Shown here: piece after piece, positions 41,084 through 52,500 of the stretch
How the letters are laid out: each line of letters starts with the position of its first letter
Numbering within the stretch: the stretch's first letter is position 1
Assembly (NCBI GenBank): GCA_032718475.1
Contig: JAUCBJ010008979.1
Span: 18,665-82,664 of the forward strand
Direction: 5' to 3'
DNA from: Nemertoderma westbladi
Lineage: Eukaryota; Animalia; Xenacoelomorpha
Length of the DNA stretch: 64,000 nt
The notes under the pieces: model-generated
Told to the model about the DNA's origin: nothing
The model's database searches: none
Seen by the model: only the letters and a program-made list of their open reading frames with translations
Program-made: the position numbers and the translations under genes

Positions 41084-41256
41084 CTGTTGAAATTAAATTT
41101 GTATTGGAAAGGCGATTTATATAGTTATACAAATCTAAATGTGGGACAAATATGGACCTAATCCTACATAAATAATTTATATATAAAATTGTTCAAATAA
41201 ATTATTTCACACTTTCAGCTATTTGGTTTCGTCAAAATAATATAAAATAAACATAC

Positions 41257-41442
41257 CAGGGCAGCAGAAACGTATCTCGTAATCGCTGCATTGTACGTCA
41301 CTAGTCTGGTCAGTGTTCCTACAGATAAGACCATTACTTGAATACATATAAAGAATGTCACCAGTTGCAGAGGCGTCAATGTGTGTTTGGATGGTTCTTC
41401 CTTTAGCGTATATAGGGTCCAAACAGTTGTGATTAGCAAACC
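41257..41442 (-). CDS. Exon: C-terminal half of a WxxW/CysD domain
   Basis: ccttgcag|GG...CCT G|gtatgt, 186 bp, phase 1-1; FANHNCLDPIYAKGRT...TGD..YMYSSNGLICRNTDQ...CSDYEIRFCCP. Confidence 0.9.
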
Positions 41443-41727
41443 CTGCAAGGAAAGTTCCGTTCATTTGTTGTTGCTGTTATGTGAACAATTATATTGTAAA
41501 AATAAAAATAGAAAAATTACAAATAATTTAAATTAGGTTATAAAGATACAAAGAGGAAAAGAAACAAGACGTCACGAAACAAAAAGGAAATAAGTGTAGT
41601 AAACTCTAAACGATCTAGACCGAACTGGACCGTTCTGGACCGCCACATGAGATATAATTTAAAAACAACCATATAGATATATATATATATCATATATCTA
41701 TGCATAGATAGATAGATATATTTATTG

Positions 41728-42464
41728 ACTTAAAATTTTGTTTGATTTTTGTAGATCACACGGGATATGGTGATTAGTAAGCGTAAAACTAAATTTATGG
41801 TAATAAACGGTGACAACAAGGACGACAAGGATCCGTTTGCGTTTAACGACTTATAAGCTATTTTTGATAGTGCTATAATGTCTAATAGGATCCGTTTGCT
41901 TTTAACGACTTATAAGCTATTTTTGATAGTGCTATAATGTCTAATATACTCTATTCCAGTGATACGTGGATAGTAAAGTATAACGTGCCTGAGGTTAACT
42001 GTATTTTTATAAAACTAGTTAAAATTTTGCTCAACGTAAGAAATACTACGCGAAATACCATGTGTTTAGTATAATTTGGTATGCCAGAAGGGAAAATTAA
42101 TTGATAATAATAATATAAAGAAGTCAATATCTAAACATAAAACTATATGGCAGAAAGAAGACCCATTATATTTTGTTTATGATTTATGTAAATGTGCTAA
42201 AATACACCGGCATTTAGATATTTACAGGAACGATTGAATTGGGGAACAGATTTTTTTGCAGATAGTAAAGATCGTTTAAAAAGATATATGATTAAGTAGG
42301 CTCCTCTACATACTAAATTTGTAACGTAGCTATCTTTTAATTGATCCACCTTATCTGTGCATGATATATATGATAATCGATCACGTATTTGTATTCCTGA
42401 TTATACGAGAGCAAATGTGTAAAGATTTCATTTAAGTTCACATAGACTACGTATAGAACAAGGT
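41728..42464 (+). mobile_element. Decayed LINE (CR1/L2-like group) ORF2 3' fragment
   Basis: Translates in pieces to LFDFCRSHG/MVISKRKTKFMVING, IFDSAIMSNILYSSDTW, LLNVRNTT and RFHLSSHRLRIEQG, typical of post-RT LINE sequence; ~59-bp tandem duplication at ~41829-41946; stops and frameshifts. Confidence 0.75.
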
Positions 42465-42694
42465 GTGCGAATGCTAGGGGGGGGGGGGGGGGGGTGGCGT
42501 AGGGGTTCGGTGTGTAACATAATGGGATATGAGCGCCAGCAGTTGAAAGTAAGATGACAAGTGCAGATAAAAAGAGAAATTAACAGAAAACCAGCCCATC
42601 CCACCTCCCTTCATACTCTCAAATACGCAATGCATTTTTTAAATTTGAGATAAATTTAAATTACAACGACAGTAGTACAACAATTTACAATTGT

Positions 42695-43250
42695 TGTGAG
42701 CGTATTCAATTCCGCCACATTCAAGCCCCATAAAGTGAGGTTTAAGCAATATTGGAACTAAAAGGTTGATTTGATTACCAATCAACCTTGTATCACCCCA
42801 ATAAGCAGGGACAATAGGCCCCAAGGGAACACACACAGCGGGGGTCAGAGGTTACACCCCTGAGAGAGAGAGAGAGCAACAGGGGCGAAGGGAAACCCTC
42901 CAGGGGAAGCAGAAGGGCGACAACAGGGTTATTAGCCAATGGGGGGAAGGCATCGGCTGAGTAGTGTTATGCGGCCAACCGTGCAATATATATTACCAGT
43001 CGTTATGTCATTTGTCCAGTTATCTCAGTACAGTCAGGCAGTACGGTGACAGTTAAGACCGTCACCACCGTCACCCATATTACCAGCAGAATTCAGTCAT
43101 TAGTGCTATCTGTTTTTATATCTATATCTCTATATCTCATATTATTAACAGTACTGGAACAACGACCTATTACATTTTCCATCACACGGTGCGGCTGACG
43201 CGTACACAAACAACACCGGATAAACCGGGATCCTCTCGGATCCCGTCACA
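42695..43250 (+). repeat. 5' LTR of BEL/Pao-like element
   Basis: Direct repeat of 48168-48720; (GA)n tract, CCAAT 42936-42940, TATATAT 42987-42993. Confidence 0.95.
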
Positions 43251-43303
43251 GTCTTAACTCTAGGCCTGCCGAACTGTGACTGATAGCCACTGAAAGACCA
43301 AAG

Positions 43304-46225
43304 ATGAGCCAAGGGAGAGAGACGACACCGCCGCGGACCCCGGACGGCGATCTAACGATCCGCGAGGCCGCGACGAGACGGTATGGACCCACGACACCGG
43401 ACCCATCGGTAACGGGCGATCCGGCAATCCAAGATGAGGGGGGCCGTCTACAACCGGAGAGCGAGTTGAGGGAAAGGAGAGACGAGTCGGGAGAAGAGAA
43501 AGACGAGTCGACGCGGAGCGGGGGTCGACGTACCGATGTCGCTGGCCAGCCACAGGCCGAGGGCGACGGACGGCCCACCGGAACGGCGACGGTGGGGCCG
43601 ACGGTACGACGCCGGACCCGGAGAGATGGAGGAGATGTCGGCGATGAGGACATCGGGGTCAGCGATCGACTTCGACGGGCTTACAACACGACCCGAAAGA
43701 TACTTAAAGAGGCCAAAGGAGGGGCGAAGATAGATGAGGTGAAGTTGAAGAGACTGTTAGGTGAGTCGAACGAACACTTTGACTATCTAAAGCGTTTTGG
43801 GCAGGAAGAACTAGCCAGCGAGAGAGCGAGAGGGGTTGCCAGCGAACTGATTGAACTATGGGAGTGTAGGGGTATGCAGCCTAGTGTAGTGTACATAGGG
43901 CCATACTTAGTCGATGCCCGGGGAGCAAAATTAGTGGGTTGGAAGAGACCTGAGGAGGGCGAATCCGAGGTTAGCCCCGAGGATTCGGTCTCGTCGGTCA
44001 GAGGAAGTTCCGGGAGGCGGGGGAAAGTTGGTGAGACGGAGGGGCGATGGGAGTCCGTCGCAACCGATAAGTCTGCTACATCCTCCGCAAAAGAAAGAAG
44101 GGTGCTGGAGACAAATCTGACGTATGAATTAGCGATGGTGGCGACAGAGCAGAAAGAATTAGAGAGGCAAGTGAGTGAGGAAACCGCATGGTTGGAGAGA
44201 GAAAGAGAGTGGGCAAGGAAGGATAGAGAGAGAGTCGAGGAGTGTAGAGAGAGAGCCGAGGAGTGTAGAGAGCGGGAGATGGAAGTAGAGAGCGAGTCGG
44301 CGAGGCGGTTTGAGATGATTGCGAGAGATACAGAGTTGGCCGAGCGAAGTTTACGAGAGTGCAGAGAGAGAGAGATAGCGGCAGAGCGTGAGCGGGATGA
44401 TTTGCGTGCCCGGCTAGGGAGGCTTGCGCAATATCAAGCCAAACTGGAGCGGCGCCGACTAGAACTGGCGCGGTTGGAAATATCAGAGAGTGAGACCCCA
44501 CTTACAAGCACCGAGCGAGAGAGCCAGAACTGGTGTAGCCGTACGGGCGGGGGGGGGGGGTAATAATAGTACGTTAGAAGTAGTTAATATTAATAGTACC
44601 GTAGTAAATAACCCTAATCCCTTTATTACAGGCGCGACCTGACGAGGCGCACTGCGCGCCGATAGAGGGGTACGCGATGTACCGGCATGAGAATGAGAGT
44701 AGTGGAGGGGGTCGAAGAGAAACTTCCCGGCGGGATATAGCTACCGATCGAGAATACGGTAGCCGCGGGGAGGATTATTCGAGAAGATTAAACTTCGATC
44801 CCGAGCGACACATGCAGACTGTAGGACATACTGTAGGCCTTACTGCACATACCATAGGCCATGCTGACAGGAATAATGTAGGCGATAGGATAGTGCGGAC
44901 GACGGGATTAAACCCGGAAGTCGCGGAGTACATACCGGCAGGTAGGCCAGAAGCTGATAGGCCTATACCGGTACCAGCACAGCAGTATGACTACAGCATG
45001 CAGGGACATAACATATATCCAGGGGAGGGGAGAGTTATTGCAGATAGATGTATAGGCCCCAATATATTAACATCAACCCCAGTACCAAACATACCGGTGG
45101 GGGGGGGGGGGGGGGCAGGGTGACATTCCCCCATCACAATATCAACAATATACCCCAATAGGAGCAAGAACATTGAACCCCTTGGACGAGAACAGGTCGT
45201 ACGGACAGTCGCTACCACACGCAGCCATACAGGGGACTGCTAGTCCACAGTTAGCTGGTAGCAGGGCCACACCATGGCAGGGGCAGAAAAAAAATAACAC
45301 CATAAATAAACACAATCCCAATATACCCAGTAGGCCGAGTCCAGACAACCAAAACACAAAATCGGTAGATATAAACCTACGCGCGATACGTGAAGGACTA
45401 TACAGGAAACGCTATAATCCAGGATTCGAATGTCAATTACATCGGGATGGAACCCATAAGACCATGAGTTGTAAGCACTGGCAAGCGTTGCCCAAACAAG
45501 ATCGTATAGCCTACGCAGATGCAAACGGACTATGTCATCGATGTGTGGTAGAAGGACACAGATCCGGAGAGTGTAGAGGAACAGCAGCTGCAAGCACGAC
45601 AGTGGCAAGAAAGAAGAGAAAAGTACTACCCGAGGAAGTAACAGTTAGAGAGTGGGCGGGAGAAAATGGATATCCCAGCAAGTATCGGTATGGAGATAGA
45701 GAGGAGCGGATGGCGAGATGTCCAGAGGACAAACTGGAGGAGCGTCCGGTGGAGTATCAGGAGTGTTCAGAGGAGTGTCCGGAGGAGACGCCGGTCCGGT
45801 TGAAAGGCATACCGACAAGGGGGAGGTCGAGTGAGAAGAAAAGATGGAAAGGGAGAGGAAGTGAGAGGATTAGACCAGGGGCAGAGAGGTCCGTAGGTGG
45901 ACATAACAAAGGACTCAGGAAAGCAGGAGGCGTGTTGCATACGCACGCGGGACTGACAGAGTGCGAGGGGGCATTACATGGGCAGACGTCGTGTATACCG
46001 AAGGACGGACGGGGGTCGTCGAGGCCTTTAATGCCAGCGCACGTACTAAGAGGGAGGCCAGCAGAGGTAGTGTCTAAGAAAGTGTGGCGAAGAGTAAGAG
46101 GACGTATAGGAGGGCAGTGGGAGAGTGCCTACTGGAAGAAAGGGCACCTTAGAGTTTTAGTCGTCCAATGTTTTGGACTGAGGGGGGTGGGAATGAGGGT
46201 GAGACGCCCTTCCCACGCAAAATAA
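43304..46225 (+). pseudogene. gag: BEL/Pao-type gag, split into ORFs 43304-44563, ~44632-45123 and ~45122-46225
   Basis: VSPEDSVSSV..S..SATSSAK followed by E/R coiled coil; LNPEVAEYIP; CQLH....H....C and LCHRCVVEGHRSGEC Cys/His boxes as in BEL/Pao Gag; breaks coincide with G12 and G17 runs. Confidence 0.7.
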
Positions 46226-46309
46226 TTATTTAATTAAAAATAAAAATAAATAATAAAAATAATTAAATAATAAATAAGTAGAAAGTCAGAAAGTAAGTAG
46301 ATAGCTAGT

Positions 46310-47770
46310 TAAGTTAGAAGAGTTAGAGGGTACGTAGTACCGTTAGTTACAGAAGTTAGTTAGTTAGTAAGAGGGTACGTAGTACCGTTAGTTAGTAGAG
46401 AGAGTTAGAGAAGTTGGTAAGAGGGTACGTAGTACCATTAGTTAGTAGAGAGAGTTAGAGAAGTTGGTAAGAGGGTACATAGTACCGTTAGTAGGTAGAA
46501 GTTAGGTAGTAAGAGAGTAGTACCGCTAGTTAGATAGAGATATAGTTAGTAGGAAGGTACGTAGTACCGTTAGTTAGAAAGTTAGTAGAGCAGTAGAGGG
46601 TTGTGGGCACCGTAAGTGCCACGTAGAAAGTAGTAGCAGTAGAGGTTGTGGGCACCGTAAGCGCCACATAGGAAGTAGTAAGCAGAGTGGTTGTGGGCAC
46701 CGCAAGCACCATGTAGTTAGAGTTAGTAGGGGATGCGTTGAAATAAGTAGGGCACGTGCGTGATGATGTGTTTGATTTAAGAGTAGGGTATGTTAATTAG
46801 GGTTAGTATTAGCAGAGTAGAGGTAGTAGTAGAGTGGTTGTGGGCACCGTAAGCGCCATGCAGATAGACGTAGTAACAGGGTACGTAGTACCGTTTGTGG
46901 TTGTGGGCACCGTAAGCGCCACGTAGAAAGTAGTAGCAGTAGAGGTTGTGGGCACCGTAAGCACCACGTAGGAAGTAGTAAGTAGAGGGTTGTGGGCACC
47001 ATAAGCGCCACGTAGAAAGTTAGTAGAGCAGTAGAGGTTGTGGGCACCGTAAGCGCCACGTAGGAAGTAGTAAGCAGAGTGGTTGTGGGCACCGCAAGCG
47101 CCACGTAGTTAGAGTTCGTAGGGGATGCATTGAATTAAGTGGGGCACGGGCGTGATGACGTGTTTGATGTAAGAGCAGGGTATGTTAATTAGGGTGGGTG
47201 CCGGGCACAAGAGGTGCCGGGCACAAGAAGTTAGTAGTAGAGTTAGTAAGAGTTAGTAGTAGAGTTAGTTGAGTTAGTAGAGAGTTAGTAGAGTTAGTAG
47301 AGAGTTAGTAGAGTTAGTAAGAGTTAGTAGTAGTTCACATAACTAACGTACCCACTCTGCCGGCATTCAGAACGTCACGTGCAGGCGAGGAGACGTAAAG
47401 GGGGCAGATAGAGTAGAATAGTAAAGACGGGCACATAGGGTGCCAGGTAGTAGAGTTAGAGAGTTAGAGGTAGTAGAGTAGTAGAGACGGGCACATAGGG
47501 TGCCAGGTAGTAGAGTTAGAGAGTTAGAGGTAGTAGAGTAGTAGAGAGGGCACATAGGGTGCCAGGTAGTAGAGTAGTAGAGACGGGCACATAGGGTGCC
47601 AGATAGTAGAGTGGTCGTGGGCACCCTAAGCACTACGTAGTTAGAAGAGTTGGTAAGAGTTAGAGGGAGTTAGTAGAAGTAGAGAGTTAGTAGGAGTTAG
47701 TTAGACTTAGTAGAGCTAGTTAGAGTCGGAGAGTTAGTAGAGAGTAAGAGAGTTAGATAGTTAGCAAGTA
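46310..47770 (+). repeat. Array of interspersed short hairpin-forming motifs in purine-rich spacers
   Basis: 6x GGTAC-RTA-GTACC, 10x GTGGGCACCNYAAGYRCYAY, 4x GGCAC-ATAGG-GTGCC, separated by AGTTAG/GTAGTA-like spacers. Confidence 0.85.
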
Positions 47771-48167
47771 AGTAGTAGGTAGATAGTATGATAGCACAGG
47801 GGTAGCATTAGAGATTAGGGCCTTAGGGAGTGGTAGAGAGTAGAGGGGAGTATGGAGAGAAGTTAGAGTGCGATTCAGGTGTGGGGAGAGTGTAAGAGTG
47901 GGGAGAGAGTAAGAGGGGAGTTAGAGCGGAGTTAGTTAGAGTGGCGAGAGTGTTGGGGAAACAAAAATTGTGTGAGAGAAGCACACGATCGGCCCGATAC
48001 GAGACGCCAGAGGGTAGTGACATCATACCCATAGGGAGCGGCCTGGAAAGCCGACTCCAAGAAAATAACTCCACCCCACACCCGATAATAGATCGAGTTC
48101 CAGCGGAATTGAAGCGCACTTAGAGGTTGATGCTATCTTCTCACCGGGAAGATAGCATGGGGGGGAG

Positions 48168-48720
48168 TGTGAGCGTATTCAATTCCGCCACATTCAAGCC
48201 CCATAAAGTGAGGTTTAAGCAATATTGGAACTACAAGGTTGATTACCAATCAACCTTGTATCACCCCAATAAGCAGGGACAATAGGCCCCAAGGGAACAC
48301 ACACAGCGGGGGTCAGAGGTTACACCCCTGAGAGAGAGAGAGAGAGCAACAGGGGCGAAGGAAAACCCTCCAGGGGAAGCAGAAGGGCGACAACAGGGTT
48401 ATTAGCCAATGGGGGGAAGGCATCGGCTGAGTAGTGTTGTGCGGCCAACCGTGCAATATATATTACCAGTCGTTATGTCATTTGTCCAGTTATCTCAGTA
48501 CAGTCAGGCAGTACGGTGACAGTTAAGACCGTCACCACCGTCACCCATATTACCAGCAGTATTCAGTCATTAGTGCTATCTGTTATTATATCTATATCTC
48601 TATATCTCATATTATTAACAGTACTGGAACAACGACCTATTACATTTTCCATCACACGGTGCGGCTGACGCGTACACAAACAACACCGGATATACCGGGA
48701 TCCTCTCGGATCCCGTCACA
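48168..48720 (+). repeat. 3' LTR of BEL/Pao-like element
   Basis: Direct repeat of 42695-43250, followed by TSD ATTGT. Confidence 0.95.
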
Positions 48721-49088
48721 ATTGTACATGGTATATCTATTACCGATTCTGTACTTCAAATATGCTCCCTAAAGTTAGAGACAGTACGTTATTAACACAT
48801 AAAAATTATCGTACTTTTACAATGATCACGTTACAGCACCAACATTGAAGAAACTTTGCTAGATATACATACATACTAAACAACATTTGTCTGTGCCATC
48901 CTTCAGTAAAAGTTATGATGTCAGTTTAATATCAGAGCTGCAAAAAATGTTTCCAATATGATGAAACATGAATGCACAAACAACTTTATTCTGTTCATGT
49001 AACAATGTGATTTGTAAGAAAATCCATATTCATGGCCGGAATGGGGGGGGTGGGGCAGAATTCCTTATTAGAAATTTGCCCCAGTCCC

Positions 49089-49130
49089 TCTCGTCAACCC
49101 AAGGTGTTGACGAGACATTGGGGAACTAGT
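49089..49130 (+). mobile_element. Possible Helitron 3' terminus
   Basis: Perfect 10-bp stem TCTCGTCAAC/GTTGACGAGA, 10-nt spacer, then CTAG|T. Confidence 0.4.
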
Positions 49131-49552
49131 TTCTACCAAAAATATTTCAAATTTAATTTAAACCCAACAATAAAATATTAAAGAATAAAATACAAATATT
49201 AGTATTACAAAATATGTGGATGTTAATATTATTGCACAACTTTAAGGTATTCATATTTTACGCAGTAATTAAAAGAAACTTTTTATTTTACTTTTGTACA
49301 TGAAAAAAGATTAGAATATTTGAATTTTATTAAATATTGCAATATATATGTATTTATTGATCATCGTTTATAATATTAATAAATTACATAATATCAATAT
49401 TACTATTACTTAGTATAATATATTAAATATACGCCGCGATTACAAATACGATGTAAAATAATAATTAATTAATTTAAATTATTACAAAATTGGACACTGC
49501 GGGTCACTTTACATCATTATCTGGCATCACCAAAAATGTAAAATAACGCTAA

Positions 49553-52500
49553 CAACACACAGTAAGCATAGATAATAAAAACCAAAACACAGTAAGCAAA
49601 GATAATAAAAACCAACACACAGTAAACAAAGATAATAAAAACCAAAACACAGAAAGCAAAGATAATAAAAACCAACACACAGTAAGCAAAGATAATAAAA
49701 ACCAACACACAGTAAGCAAAGATAATAAAAACCAACACACAGTAAGCAAAGATAATAAAAACCAAAACACAGTAAGCAAAGATAATAAAAACCAACACAC
49801 AGTAAGCAAAGATAATAAAAACCAACACACAGTAAGCAAAGATAATAAAAACCAAAACACAGTAAGCAAAGATAATAAAAACCAACACACAGTATGCAAA
49901 GATAATAAAAACCAACACACAGTAAGCAAAGATAATAAAAACCAACACACAGTAAGCAAAGATAATAAAAACCAACACACAGTAAGCAAAGATAATAAAA
50001 ACCAACACACAGTAAGCAAAGATAATAAAAACCAACACACAGTAAGCAAAGATAATAAAAACCAACACACAGTAAGCAAAGATAATAAAAACCAACACAC
50101 AGTAAGCAAAGATAATAAAAACCAAAACACAGTAAGCATAGATAATAAAAACCAAAACACAGTAAGCAAAGATAATAAAAACCATCACACAGTAAGCATA
50201 GATAATAAAAACCAAAACACAGAAAGCAAAGATAATAAAAACCAACACACAGTAAGCAAAGATAATAAAAACCATCACACAGTAAGCAAAGATAATAAAA
50301 ACCAAAACACAGTAAGCAAAGATAATAAAAACCAAAACACAGTAAGCAAAGGTAATAAAAACCAACACACAGTAAGCAAAGATAATAAAAACCAACACAC
50401 TGTAAGCAAAGTTAATAAAACCCATCACACAGTAAGCAAAGATAATAAAAACCAAAACACAGTAAGCAAAGATAATAAAAACCAACACACAGTAAGCAAA
50501 GATAATAAAAACCATCACACAGTAAGCAAAGATAATAAAAACCAACACACAGTAAGCAAAGATAATAAAAACCAAAACACAGTAAGCAAAGATAATAAAA
50601 ACCAACACACAGTAAGCAAAGATAATAAAAACCAACACACAGTAAGCAAAGATAATAAAAACCAACACACAGTAAGCAAAGATAATAAAAACCAAAACAC
50701 AGTAAGCAAAGATAATAAAAACCAAAACACAGTAAGCAAAGATAATAAAAACCAAAACACAGTAAGCAAAGATAATAAAAACCAACACACAGTAAGCAAA
50801 GATAATAAAAACCATCACACAGTAAGCAAAGATAATAAAAACCAACACACAGTAAGCAAAGATAATAAAAACCAAAACACAGTAAGCAAAGATTATAAAA
50901 ACCAACACACAGTAAGCAAAGATAATAAAAACCAAAACACAGTAAGCAAAGATAATAAAAACCAACACACAGTAAGCAAAGATAATAAAAACCAAAACAC
51001 AGTAAGCAAAGATAATAAAAACCAAAACACAGTAAGCAAAGATAATAAAAACCAACACACAGTAAGCAAAGATAATAAAAACCAACACACAGTAAGCAAA
51101 GATAATAAAAACCAAAACACAGTAAGCAAAGATAATAAAAACCAACACACAGTAAGCAAAGATAATAAAAACCAAAACACAGTAAGCAAAGATAATAAAA
51201 ACCAACACACAGTAAGCAAAGATAATAAAAACCAAAACACAGTAAGCAAAGATAATAAAAACCAACACACAGTAAGCAAAGATAATAAAAACCAAAACAC
51301 AGTAAGCAAAGATAATAAAAACCAAAACACAGTAAGCAAAGATAATAAAAACCAACACACAGTAAGCAAAGATAATAAAAACCAACACACAGTAAGCAAA
51401 GATAATAAAAAATAAAAACCAACACACAGTAAGCAAAGATAATAAAAACCAACACACAGTAAGCAAAGATAATAAAAACCAACACACAGTTAGCAAAGAT
51501 AATAAAAACCAACACACAGTAAGCAAAGATAATAAAAACCAACACACAGTAAGCAAAGATAATAAAAACCAACACACAGTAAGCAAAGATAATAAAAAAT
51601 AAAAACCAACACACAGTAAGCAAAGATAATAAAAACCAACACACAGTAAGCAAAGATAATAAAAACCATCACACAGTAAGCAAAGATAATAAAAACCAAC
51701 ACACAGTAAGCAAAGATAATAAAAACCAAAACACAGTAAGCAAAGATAATAAAAACCAACACACAGTAAGCAAAGATAATAAAAACCAACACACAGTAAG
51801 CAAAGATAATAAAAACCAACACACAGTAAGCAAAGATAATAAAAACCAAAACACAGTAAGCAAAGATAATAAAAACCAAAACACAGTAAGCAAAGATAAT
51901 AAAAACCAAAACACAGTAAGCAAAGATAATAAAAACCAACACACAGTAAGCAAAGATAATAAAAACCATCACACAGTAAGCAAAGATAATAAAAACCAAC
52001 ACACAGTAAGCAAAGATAATAAAAACCAAAACACAGTAAGCAAAGATAATAAAAACCAACACACAGTAAGCAAAGATAATAAAAACCAAAACACAGTAAG
52101 CAAAGATAATAAAAACCAACACACAGTAAGCAAAGATAATAAAAACCAAAACACAGTAAGCAAAGATAATAAAAACCAACACACAGTAAGCAAAGATAAT
52201 AAAAACCAACACACAGTTAGCAAAGATAATAAAAACCAACACACAGTAAGCAAAGATAATAAAAACCAACACACAGTAAGCAAAGATAATAAAAACCAAC
52301 ACACAGTAAGCAAAGATAATAAAAAATAAAAACCAACACACAGTAAGCAAAGATAATAAAAACCAACACACAGTAAGCAAAGATAATAAAAACCATCACA
52401 CAGTAAGCAAAGATAATAAAAACCAACACACAGTAAGCAAAGATAATAAAAACCAAAACACAGTAAGCAAAGATAATAAAAACCAACACACAGTAAGCAA

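Larger units (their letters stand above)
42695..48720 (+). mobile_element. Non-autonomous BEL/Pao-like LTR element (gag-like ORFs, no recognisable pol)
   Basis: 556/553-bp TGTGA...TCACA LTRs (about 6 substitutions and 2 indels by eye); 5-bp TSD ATTGT (42690-42694 / 48721-48725); PPT GGGGGGGAG at 48159-48167; BEL-type Gag motifs. Confidence 0.9.

Noticed and set aside
8118-41090. Dozens of ORFs over the 51-bp array, including basic RERNIRRAKQEMRITKK repeats (679 aa) and hydrophobic antisense repeats (822 aa)
   Set aside because: The unit is a multiple of 3 and stop-free in several frames; frequent 2-bp deletions shift frames, and there is no unique start context
46755-47170. GTGATGA box-C-like motifs in a duplicated block (snoRNA?)
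   Set aside because: No suitably placed CTGA box D or terminal stem seen
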